The translations under genes and the position numbers were made by a program. The notes beneath the pieces are model-generated. The model saw only the letters and a program-made list of their open reading frames with translations. It was not told the origin of the DNA and did not search any database. From a virus, in IMG/VR virus record IMGVR_UViG_3300009068_000028, positions 27,680-91,679 of that record: a stretch of 64,000 nucleotides of DNA; one strand, given 5' to 3'. This document shows, one piece after another, positions 43,257 through 53,523 of this stretch (position 1 is its first letter; each line of letters opens with the position of its first letter).

Positions 43257-44279
43257 TTATACTCCCAGCATTACGGAAGCGACTACACGAGCCAAGCGGT
43301 TCTTCTCTGCGTTGAGAGCAGGGTCAAGTCCACTAGCACCAGCGAGAATGTTCTCGTTGTTTCCGCCACGAGCGGTGCGATACCAGTCAAGGCGTTCCGT
43401 CAAGGCGTTGAGAGTACCCCAAGCCGTTCCAGTAATTGTGTTGTTGTATTGCCCAACATAAATGTCGTTGATAAGGTCAATCTTGTCGTTGTGCTTCTTG
43501 AAAGAACCTTTGGCATCTTTTTCTGGGGCAGGGTAAGCAAGAGAAACAATCTTGTCAAACTCTGCTTTAGTAACTTCAGTTTCAATCATAGCGTTAGCCA
43601 TAACAGAAAACTCGTCAAGGTAAGTCTGTGCCAAGCCAAGTGCTTCACGAGCAACCTGAACACGACCCTCTGCCGTCTGCGTGTGACGGATTTTGAACGA
43701 CTGCTTTACCTTACGGTTAGAACCAATACCGCCACCCAAAGCAAGGTTGAGAGTGTTAGCACACACAACACGGACAGGCGTGATACTTGCCATAATGGAG
43801 ATAGAGCCATCGTGAGATGTGTTGATAAGCAGGTAGTTCTCTACCTTGTCAGCACGACCATTGGGGTCAAGCACAATGTCGTTGTCAAGAGCGAGAGAGC
43901 CAAAAACTACACGACCACCCTTGATTGAACCAGCAGTCTCCCAACGACCACCACCGTCAAGCAGGTTGTCACCAAAGGTGAACAGGTCTTCGTTTTGGAG
44001 AGTGTGGTAGCGTTCACCCACAACGCCAAGCACATCATTCTGTGACTTGTCGAATGGGTTGGTACGACAAACAAAATAGTTTGTCTTGTCAGATACATAA
44101 CCTTCTGGGAACGAGAGTTCCTCAAGACGAACATTCCAGTTGTCAAGGTGAGCCAACTTGAGCATTTCGTCTGTGGTAACTTCGTCTTCAAAGACAGTCC
44201 CAAGTTTGTGCCAAGCAGGTTCTCGCAATGAAGCAAAAGCCACTTCGCCGTTAGCACCGATTTCTAATTCGTGAGCCAA
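43257..44279 (-). CDS. DUF932 / phage-plasmid-like protein
   Basis: 'REPAWHKLG', 'WETAGSIKGG', 'NTSHDGS', 'TPVRVVCANTL', 'IRHT'; TTG start after RBS gaaagga. Confidence 0.88.
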   Translation of the reverse strand: MAHELEIGANGEVAFASLREPAWHKLGTVFEDEVTTDEMLKLAHLDNWNVRLEELSFPEGYVSDKTNYFVCRTNPFDKSQNDVLGVVGERYHTLQNEDLFTFGDNLLDGGGRWETAGSIKGGRVVFGSLALDNDIVLDPNGRADKVENYLLINTSHDGSISIMASITPVRVVCANTLNLALGGGIGSNRKVKQSFKIRHTQTAEGRVQVAREALGLAQTYLDEFSVMANAMIETEVTKAEFDKIVSLAYPAPEKDAKGSFKKHNDKIDLINDIYVGQYNNTITGTAWGTLNALTERLDWYRTARGGNNENILAGASGLDPALNAEKNRLARVVASVMLGV

Positions 44280-44587
44280 TGTATTTCCTTTCGTTGTTGT
44301 TGATAATCTAATTATACACCTGACCACGGACATCTAACTATTCTGGGGAACATTCTGGGAGGTTCGTAACCTAAACGTAATAACTATGTTAGGACATGGC
44401 GGCTCGGGGATCCCAGCTGACAAAACAAAAATCCCCTGCTACCAGCAATCTATCCAGACGCTTCGCAGGGGACTTATGTATGGAAGTTTATTTCAATTAG
44501 ACGGCTTCTCATTCCACCGTAGCCCTAGTCTAACCTAGACGGTTATCATCTACACACCGACAAACTCACCCCATATTTCAGGGGAAG

Positions 44588-44659
44588 CGACCTCATAGGG
44601 ACTCGAACCCTAACCTCTACCTCGACAGGGTAGCGTGATAACCTTTTCACTATGAAGCC
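44588..44659 (-). tRNA. tRNA-Asp(GTC)
   Basis: Acceptor ggcttca/tgaggtc, anticodon arm ctacc-ctGTCga-ggtag, T arm taggg-TTCGAGT-cccta. Confidence 0.85.
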
Positions 44660-44718
44660 AATGTTTCTCTGTGTAGTTATAGATTGGGCAGTTTAGACTG
44701 TTACCCAGCAGTTGCTCG

Positions 44719-45177
44719 TTAGAGGAGTTCCATCACCGTGTTGTAGGTGCTGGCATTGACTTCCTCTTGGTTGGTCATTTTGAGAACTTTGAGGTTCTTT
44801 TTGAGCAAGTCCAACTTGGTGGTGTATTCACGACCATAGTGCTGACGGTCATTAGGGTTGGTGGGCTGTTCTGGTGCTTGGGGCAGAGCAAGCAAGTCAG
44901 TATTGACCTGAATGTTTACGCCATAACCACCATAACGGTTTCCAGCACTAACACGAACAAGAGCGTTGGTGTCATACTCGCCACCAATGTTGTCAGGGTT
45001 CTTGATTGCCTCAACAACAGCATTGAGAACCAACTCTTGGTGTGCCTTGTATGCCTGACGGTATGCTTCCATATCGGCAGGGTATGTAGCCATCTCTGCC
45101 TCAATCTTGGCAATAGTAGCCTCAACATCAGCAATCAGAGTAGCGGTTGGGATTTTCACGGAGAGTGAACGAGCCAT
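44719..45177 (-). CDS. Hypothetical protein
   Basis: 152 aa, RBS gaaagga, own promoter. Confidence 0.7.
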   Translation of the reverse strand: MARSLSVKIPTATLIADVEATIAKIEAEMATYPADMEAYRQAYKAHQELVLNAVVEAIKNPDNIGGEYDTNALVRVSAGNRYGGYGVNIQVNTDLLALPQAPEQPTNPNDRQHYGREYTTKLDLLKKNLKVLKMTNQEEVNASTYNTVMELL

Positions 45178-45294
45178 TGGTTTAGTCCTTTCGTTTGGCT
45201 TATATCTATATTATATCATTGGGGTATGACATATAACTATTGAGTTAGGTGGGCAGTTTGACTTGATACCCAGCAAGCAGACTAGGGTCTGACC

Positions 45295-45447
45295 TTAGTT
45301 GCTGGAAACCGTAGTCCAGCGAGGCTGTCCTGCGACATCAAGACGAACACGGAACGAACCGTTTGCGTTCTTGACAACTTCCTGAACGATACCAGAAACG
45401 CCAGACTTCTGCGTGGTGAACGACTGACCGATTTCGATTTGCGACAT
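45295..45447 (-). CDS. Small SH3/Tudor-like protein
   Basis: 50 aa 'MSQIEIGQSFTTQKSGVSGIVQEV...', preceded by TTGACA-17-TATAAT (45503-45531). Confidence 0.55.
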   Translation of the reverse strand: MSQIEIGQSFTTQKSGVSGIVQEVVKNANGSFRVRLDVAGQPRWTTVSSN

Positions 45448-45788
45448 TGTGTACCTTGCTTCCTTGTAGTGAGCCAACTGTTTTGTTTGCTTCGTTATTA
45501 CCATTATACAGGAAAGGAAAGAGTTTGTCAAGTCTTTTTCTCAACTTTTTTATTTTTTTTGTGGGGACTTCCGACTTCGTTTCCCTGCCTGTAATACAAG
45601 TATACCAACGACCACCGACATATAACTAATCGTTTCGGGGGATTTTTGTAACAGTTCGTAACCTGTTTGTCATAACATAGGCGGCTCGGGGATCCGCAGG
45701 GCATAGAGAAAGGACAGTTTATAAAGGACATGTCCAGGTCCTCGTCCAGTGCAGGGGAAAGGACAAACAATACCCTGCAGCTGGGAGC

Positions 45789-46438
45789 CTAACTCTCTTC
45801 GATTTCTCCTACATCGAATGACTGGACACAGAAATCTTCTACGTCTGTGTTGTAGCAATCAAGGTTGAGTTCCCCAACTTCGAAATGTTCAATGTCAAAG
45901 TCAGCAGGGACTAACATTGTTGCTTCAACAGTCAACGGAATCGTGACGGTAATCTCACGAAGGAGCGAGATACCAAGTACGTCAGCAACAGAATTCGCTA
46001 CTGTCTGAACGTCAATGTCCTCAGCAATTGCTTCCAAGAGAATCAATCGGATGTTCTCGTTTTCCTCGTTACGACGGATAGACATACCAAGATTATCTTG
46101 ATTGAGACCTGTAGCCTGTGCTTCCAAGTCTTTGATGTACTCATTCATTTTGCTAAGTACTGGGTGATTGTTTTCCATTAGTTGTCCTCTGCTTCTTGTG
46201 CGATACCGTTGAGTTCGTCAATTGTCTGTGTGAGTACCTGAAAGTCCTCTTCCGACAAAAGTAGTTGTGACATTGCGTGTGCCATAAGTCCTGTGATTGT
46301 CTGCCCGAAAATGTTGAGAGCAATCCGACGGTCTTCATCGGTTTCTGCGAACAGTACCATACCAGACGCAGTCTGTGTCATTACATCCTGCGAAACATCT
46401 TCGGCAACCTGCCGTAGTCCAAATGCTATGTCAATCAT
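45789..46438 (-). CDS. Two acidic hypothetical proteins (45789-46178, 46178-46438)
   Basis: Coupled ORFs behind a repeat promoter. Confidence 0.65.
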
Positions 46439-46487
46439 TCTTTGTCCTCTCGTTGTTGTATTACCATTATACCGTTCACCACGGACA

Positions 46488-46916
46488 TCAAACTATGTCC
46501 ATTAGTTTGCCATTGACTAATACCTGTGGTCGTTCAGGGTAGTGGCGTACCCAACCATAGTCCTCAAAGGTGAAACGGATACCATACACCTCATAAATAA
46601 ATGAACGTGCCTGTCCAGAGATATCTATGAATTTGTCAAGGGTAGACAAATCGAAATTCGGAATGTCACCCTGTTCAGAGTAGTCACCAATAACAACTAC
46701 CCTGTCACCAGTCCAACGACCAATGAAGTCTGCCATTACCTCTGCCCAGAAATCTCCACCACCACGCATAGGTGAGCAAGTGGTGAGGACATACATCATA
46801 TCCGAAAGTGATGCCTCGTGACCTGTGTGTTCACGTTGCTTCGCACCCAGACCAATGTCGTGAGGGTGAATGACTTCTTGCTTGTCAAGGTTGTAAATGC
46901 TGTGGTATTGTCCCAT
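46488..46916 (-). CDS. Conserved phage hypothetical protein
   Basis: 'MGQYH..YNLDKQE', 'GRWTGDRVVVIGDY'. Confidence 0.7.
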   Translation of the reverse strand: MGQYHSIYNLDKQEVIHPHDIGLGAKQREHTGHEASLSDMMYVLTTCSPMRGGGDFWAEVMADFIGRWTGDRVVVIGDYSEQGDIPNFDLSTLDKFIDISGQARSFIYEVYGIRFTFEDYGWVRHYPERPQVLVNGKLMDIV

Positions 46917-47306
46917 TGTGTGTCCTTTTCTTTGTCTGTCTTATAAGTATACCCCAGACCACGGACATGAAACTCTGGGAATCTGGATAGTTAGTCGTAA
47001 TTCTTAATAACGTTTAGGTAACGAAGCGGCTCGGGATCCCCTACCTACCTCACATATTTCTTATCGAGAACATCATAGATATATGCGTTAGGATAAGTAA
47101 CCTTGACAGAAAGTAGGAATCGCATAGCAGCTTCTTCATTACGGAATGTAGCGAGTTTACTCTCTTTACCCTCGCCAGCCCACACCTGATATTTGAGTAC
47201 ATAGTCAGTCATTAGTAGTTCTCTCCGAATATATCAAGTATAGCGGATACCTGTTCATCTGTCAACCTGTCAACAACTTTCCAGTCGATTACGTTTTCCC
47301 AGTCCA

Positions 47307-47916
47307 TTAGCAATCACCCTCTACGTCCTCAAAGATAAATGCGTCAAGACGGTGTTGGTCAACAAAAGTACCTGCGTCAACATACGGACTGTCCTTGTAA
47401 GTGACTCCGTGTGGCAATTCGATTACTTCATCATAGTCCCCTGCCGATACTGCCACAACGGCGGCAACGGCAGACTGTACCATAAACTGCGGAATTGGGG
47501 GGTAGCAATTCGATGAAAAGTGAATACTGATAGCGTCCTCTAAAGAGAGGTGAGCGTCAGTAGCGAGAGAGTAAGCGGTTGAGTATCCCATTAGTGTCCT
47601 TTGTTCGATAGTCTAATTATACAGGGTAGGTCTGACATCAAACTAATGTGTAAGTCCAAATTTCTGTTTCGTTGGCACAGTCCCAGATAGCCTTTTGTAC
47701 GAATTGGATAGCCAATTTTCCAGCGGTATCCAAGTCAGCCACCCAAACACTACGGTCACAAAACACTTCATCAGTTTCAGGATTAGTCCACACTCCAACA
47801 TATTGTCCGTCAAGTGTATCGTCAAGGGTAGTTTCACCAATAGCCACCCAATAGCCAGTCTTGGCGTGAGAGAGAATGAAAGTGTCATTCAGTTTGAGGT
47901 AAGTACCGTCTTTCAT
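47307..47916 (-). CDS. Two hypothetical proteins (47307-47591, 47638-47916)
   Basis: Each has an RBS aagga and its own repeat promoter. Confidence 0.6.
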
Positions 47917-48043
47917 AGTGTGTCCTTTCGTTGTCATACTATCATTATACCAAGTACCACCGACATGAAACTCTGGGATTTCGGGAAACATATCGTAAGG
48001 TTAGTAATGAGTTTGTTATGACAAATGGGCTCGGGCGACCCTG

Positions 48044-48595
48044 CTAGATAGCAGAGCCTCTCACGACAATCCAAATCAGAGCCTGTGCGGTGCGAGGTGT
48101 CAAACCAAACTCACCAGCAACCTTGCGAACGGCGTTAGCGATAGCGTGATACTGTCCCTGCGTAGGGCTGTCCGTAGGCATTTCGGCTGCTCTCATCATC
48201 CATACATCGACAACCACAGCGTCAGTATCGCCAAAGATAGCACGAGCGAATGCGTTAGTTTTGAGACCTTTGAGACCGTCAATGCCTTCGTTCAGCACAT
48301 CATTAGCCATTTTAGTGTTGTTTTTGAGACCATTCACGTGGTATCCAAGCGAGAATGCGACTGCCTTAGTGATGTTGCTTGCCCAACGCTCACGTGGGGA
48401 GAATGCGGAGACAACGCCAGCACCAATCTCAAGCGAGGCATTGAGGTTATTGGCAACCTGCTGTGCGACTTCCTGTGCTTCGTGATACCAGACACTAGCC
48501 TGTTCGACCTGTCCAAGTGTCGCCTTGAGAATGAGGTTACGGAACAAATCCGTAGCAGTAGCGGTTACGATTTCGTTTGCGGTGAGAGTAGTCAT
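48044..48595 (-). CDS. HhH-GPD-like DNA glycosylase-fold protein
   Basis: 'WY', 'SP..RW..N', 'GLKTNAF', 'VVVDVW..RA', 'QALIW'. Confidence 0.55.
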   Translation of the reverse strand: MTTLTANEIVTATATDLFRNLILKATLGQVEQASVWYHEAQEVAQQVANNLNASLEIGAGVVSAFSPRERWASNITKAVAFSLGYHVNGLKNNTKMANDVLNEGIDGLKGLKTNAFARAIFGDTDAVVVDVWMMRAAEMPTDSPTQGQYHAIANAVRKVAGEFGLTPRTAQALIWIVVRGSAI

Positions 48596-48796
48596 TACTT
48601 TGTCCTTTACTTTGTTGATAGTTCTATTATACATCTGACCACCGACATATAACTAGGAAAAAATCCAGGGGAATCTTAAAGTGTTTCGTAACTAAATTGC
48701 CCGATCCAGATCAGCTCGGGACCTGTGGATAACTTTTAGTCGTTAAACCACGCCAGGAATATGATTAGTATCCCCAGCGTGGCAACGATTACAAAC

Positions 48797-51700
48797 TCAA
48801 TCATTCTCTACGCCATTCCAACAAGCAGAGATAAAACGGTCAGCAATAAATCGTTTGTTGTCCTGTGCCATCAGTCCAGCAAAATCGTGAATGAGAATAT
48901 CGAATGTCTGCTCATCTATTTTGAGAGCGTAGGTGTTCAGCAATTCTGAAACGGCTACATAGTCTTTGCGTGTCATCATTAGGATACACTCACCCAAGCC
49001 ATAGCGGTACGCAAAAGGTGGTTGTAGTCACCAGACATACTCTCTTTGAGATATTCGTCAATTTCCTCTTTGGAAACTTCTGCGTTACGGAGAGCCTTCT
49101 GAACAGCACCCATAATTGCGTAGGCGTTGCCGTCTTGCCCAATGAGTTCGACTTCGATTTCTGGATACTTTGTCATTAGTTTTCTTCCTTTTCGTTTGCT
49201 TTTTGTTCTGCCAATTCGAGCATACGGTTTCGTTCTTTTTCCGTGAGCATAGCCCAAGCGTATCCAAACGCATAGGCGTAAGCCATATCACTTTGTCCGT
49301 TGTTTGCCTTTTTGAGATTGGCGATTACTTCATTTGAGCGGTTGATGTTACTTGTCATTTCTTGTCCTTTGTTCGTATTACTATTATAACCTAGACCACC
49401 GACATCAAACTATTCGTTTTCACGAATGGCTTGTGTCTTGATTGCCTTGCGAGTACGCAAACGATTTGGTCGATTGTCGTGAGTGCCAGCCGCCGATGAA
49501 CGACGGATTTCACGCATAGCCTCAATATAGGGCTTGTTCTCAATACCTTTGTGAGTTGGGTTCTTTTTCTTCATAGTCTTATTATACATCAGACCACGGA
49601 CACCAAACTGGGATTTTTGGGGAAAACGCAATAATGTTCTTAATTACGCAAGAAATCTGCGTGGCTCGGGGATCCTGTGGATAACCTCTGGGGATAACTC
49701 CCCTAGCAGGGAGCGATATCCTCATTTGGCACAATAGCAACGGTATCCGTTCCAAGCACCAGAATGTGCGACCATTCATCGCTCTGGAAAATCAACTCGG
49801 CACGACGGATATCCTCGTGGTCAGTACCAATGTAGTTTACGAATGTCATTTTTTTGTCCTTTTCTTTGTTAGTCTAATTATACTGCCTAGCACCGACATA
49901 TTACTCTGCGTTGCTCCCATAAAACTGGACTCCGAATCCGCATACGGTACAGTCTGCCCAAATTATCTCAGAGTCACCAAGGCGTTTAGGCTGTTGGTCA
50001 AGGTCTTCAGTGAATAACGTTCCCCTGTCGCAGATATAGCATTCTGCCTCATAGGTTATGACTCGCTTGCTCACGCTACCTCCGACAATTCGTCTGCGGA
50101 TACAGAGACATTACCGATGATAACGCCTATCGCACCCATGTTCACTAATTCGTTTGCCACAAAGTATCGGCATTCGAACGGAACATTATAGGCGATAAAC
50201 TTACCGTCTCCGTAGTTTGCTGTAATCTTGACCATCTTCATATTTCTGTCCTTTTCTTTCTCTAAGTATAACATCAACCACCGACACATAACTAGCCAGC
50301 GAAGTCCCAAGGGGAGACATCAAACTCCCAAACGCTCCAAGTGTCAGGCAATTGCCTAGCACAGCCTTCACAGGCTGCCTGAGAGATATTTCCCTGAGTA
50401 ACTCCAACGGTGGCGAGGTTGTCGCAGAATTCACATTCCATATTTTTTGTCCTTTCCTTTCTCTAATTATAACACTGACCACGGACACCAAACTATCTGG
50501 ATTCAGGAAAATTATCCACAGCCACGTAATTGCCCTGTGGATAAGTCGGCTCGGGCTCCGCAAAAATCTTGCGTGGGGAGAGATTTATTTGCTCTTGCGA
50601 GGCTCACTCTCTCCCCTGCGAGATTAGACTACATAACGCTTGTGGATTTCCATAGCGTCACGAGCGATAAGCGTAGTCCAGCCTTTGGGAGACTCGTCGA
50701 TTGCGACAGCGTAGGCAACATAAGGCTCGTTAGCCTCAATGCCAAACTGCTTACGGTAAGGTGTGCCAACATAAATTGACTCCACCTGCTTGACTTCGCC
50801 AACATATTTGTTGTCGTGAGACTGAATTGTGTATCCGATTAGTTCTTTCATTTTTTTCCTTTTCTTTCTTGTATTACAATTATACTGCCGACCACCGACA
50901 TATAACTATGCCCAAATATCTAAGAGGTTTTGGTAAGTGACCATTCGTGCGTAGTGAAAGGTTTCCATAACCTTATCGCCTCGCTCAATTGCGTCTGCCA
51001 TATCCTTTTCGTTGTCAGCGATAAATCCAACAATCATAGCGGTTGGGAGAGTGATTTCGTTTTTCATAGTTTGTCCTTTGTTCATACCTTCATTATACAG
51101 TCGAGCACCGACATGAAACCCATCAATTCAGGGGAAACGCAACTATCTTCATAAAGACGCAATAAACTTGTGCCGCCCGAGCCCAGGGTATGTCAGGACA
51201 AAATCCTCCCTAGAACCAATCTTCTTCAGTAGTAGACACACCAAGAATTCCGCCTGGCAAATAGAATGGGCGAGCATCCTGGTGACAGAAGAGGCAACGC
51301 TGAAAGCCATCAGCATATTGGAAAATCTGGGAAGTCTTTTCCCAGCAGTTGTGACAGGTGTGGACAGGGCGAGAGAATTCATCAAATGTGTTCATACACA
51401 CATTATACCAAAGACCACGGACACGTAACTCTGTGGATTCAGGAAAAAGGATCTTAATTACGTAAAGAGTTTGCTTGATCCAAAATGCCCGAGCCAGCCT
51501 GTGGATAACTTTGGGGCTAGGTTTATTTGCTGTGGATAAGTACAGGCTCACCCTAGCCCCTGTGGATAACTATGCCTTGTTTTCTTTGCCACCGTTTTGG
51601 ATACGGACAAGCGTACGGTCTACGATTTTGGAAACCAAACGCTTGGGGCTACGGTAAATTTCACTAGCCTTTGGGTAGACAATGGTGTAGGAAGCCCAAC

Positions 51701-53032
51701 CGACAGCATAATCGGTACGAGCGATATCCTTTTCCACGTCTTCACGGAAAGCGAGAAATTCGCCAAGCGTATTGGCAACGTGGACAACGGTCTTACCGTC
51801 CCAACGGCGTACGAGGTGGAATTCGATTTCTGGAATGCTTTTCATTTTTGTCCTTTTCTTGTTTTTGTTTATATCTAAATTATACCAGCGACCACGGACA
51901 CGTTACTCGTGGTGGACGGTGACAGCGAGTGCTCCCATTTCGAACATAGTTTCGACTGTGACATCTACCATCCAAGGGTCTACTAAAACGCTTACGTTTT
52001 TTGGGTTGGTGGCGAAGATTGCTTTGATTTCCATTTTTCTGTCCTTTGCTTATATTCATATTTTACCACGGAGCACGGACACGTAACCCTAGAATCCAGG
52101 AAAATTCAGGGGAATTTCGTAACAATTCGTAACTTAGTTGCTAACAGCCTGTGGATAACTTGCTCGGGCTGCCTGTGGATAACTTTTTGGGGGTGTGGAT
52201 AAGTCGATCTGGCTACTGTTCCAAATAACAGGCTAGACAAATCTCATAGGCAATAAATCCTAGAGTGTCTTCATCAATTTTTCGTCCACAGTCATTACAC
52301 TTAGTCACAGTCTATCGCTTCATCAGTTGGCGAGTGAGTGAGAGTGCTTCCTCAAAATCGTGATTTGTGAACACATTACCCTGAGCCAATTTCACCAGAG
52401 CGTTTAGGCGTAGTGCTTTTTGCTTAGGTGTGAGAGCGTTGATGTTGATGTCCTCAACTTCGTTGATGTCAATTTCGATTTCTAATTCGTTCACTTGATT
52501 TTCCTTTTCTTGATTACTTACAGTATGACAGAGAGCACGGACATGAAACTACATGCCCAGAGTCTGGCGAGCAACCAGAGTGATTTCCTCATCTGAGAAT
52601 TCTGTTTGGGTAGCCAACAGAGCGTTGTAGTTTTGGGTATCACGGTAGACAGCGTTTCCGTAGTCAGAGAATACCGATGTGATGGCTGAAATCTTAGCCT
52701 GTACCAATTCTTCTTTTGTAGTCATATTTTCTATCCTTTTCTTTTTCTTTATATCCACATTCTAACATCGACCACGGACATGAAACTATCCAGATAGGCG
52801 AATATCTGCCTATTGTTACGTTTTGTTACCATTCTGTTATAAATCTGGGGAATCTATATATAGTACGTAAATGTCTATGCTGCCACTACATCTAGCCCGA
52901 GCCCTGTGGATAACTTGTACCCAACTACTCCCTACTGAAACGCAGGGAGATAGCCAACAGAGCCAGAGCAGTGGCACTCAGTCCAGATACCTTGGCAGTC
53001 TGAGCAGTGATACACATAGTCTTGATTTTTCA
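48797..53032 (-). CDS. Array of about 14 very small hypothetical proteins (e.g. 48979-49176, 49176-49358, 49410-49574, 50071-50241, 50624-50851, 51210-51395, 51570-51845, 52312-52494, 52549-52725)
   Basis: Most have their own repeat promoter and an aaagga RBS. Confidence 0.55.
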
Positions 53033-53373
53033 TTTTTGTCCTTATCTGAAACCGTGAGATTTATTTGCTCTGAGAGGCTCATACCCTTTGGGTCTTATTT
53101 GCTCTGAGAGGCTCACTCTCTGCGGTTTCTCTGTTTGTTTATATTATCAGTATAGCCGTGACCACCGACACCAAACTATCAAAAACAGGCTATTTGCAAT
53201 GTATTTGCGTGAAATCAGGGGAATGTTGCGTAAGGTCATAAAACACGCAAGATTATTGCGTTTGGCTCGGGCATTTTTGTTCATCTATTGTTTACCTAAA
53301 TAGGCACGGTATCAGTAGTTATATGTCTGTGCTCAATGTTAGTATGAATACATACAAAGAAAGAAGAAATCAA

Positions 53374-53523
53374 ATGGAAATTCAAATCATAACAGAAACA
53401 AAGGCAATCTATATGCCATTCGCTCCAGTAAACAAATTGTCTGCTGACGAATATAACGAAATGCGAAAAATGCTTGCTGAAGCAGAAGCATTAGGCGTTA
53501 TCCGTGATTGGTCAATCTACTAG
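53374..53523 (+). CDS. Small hypothetical protein, divergent from the array
   Basis: Preceded by a plus-strand copy of the repeat promoter; a second such unit spans about 53577-53693. Confidence 0.5.
   Translation: MEIQIITETKAIYMPFAPVNKLSADEYNEMRKMLAEAEALGVIRDWSIY

Larger units (their letters stand above)
39936..53271. repeat. Dispersed GCTCGGG repeat, 14 intergenic copies
   Basis: 39936, 43179r, 44402, 45684, 47029, 48029, 48714, 49664, 50549, 51176r, 51488r, 52162, 52896r, 53265 (r = reverse orientation). Confidence 0.85.

Noticed and set aside
43191-43928. 245-aa plus-strand ORF and similar plus-strand ORFs in 40-53 kb
   Set aside because: Antisense to well-supported minus-strand genes that have promoters and RBS
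44520-44538. DtxR/IdeR-like site
   Set aside because: Only one half matches the palindrome
51940-51955. LexA/SOS-box-like tcgaacatagtttcga
   Set aside because: Single copy with one mismatch, inside a probable small ORF; not distinguishable from chance
39936-53271. CRISPR array or classical integron interpretation of the repeats
   Set aside because: Repeats are short, degenerate and spaced 0.3-3 kb apart by whole genes; no attC-like structure or integrase was recognised. The Cas4-like gene is a stand-alone phage nuclease
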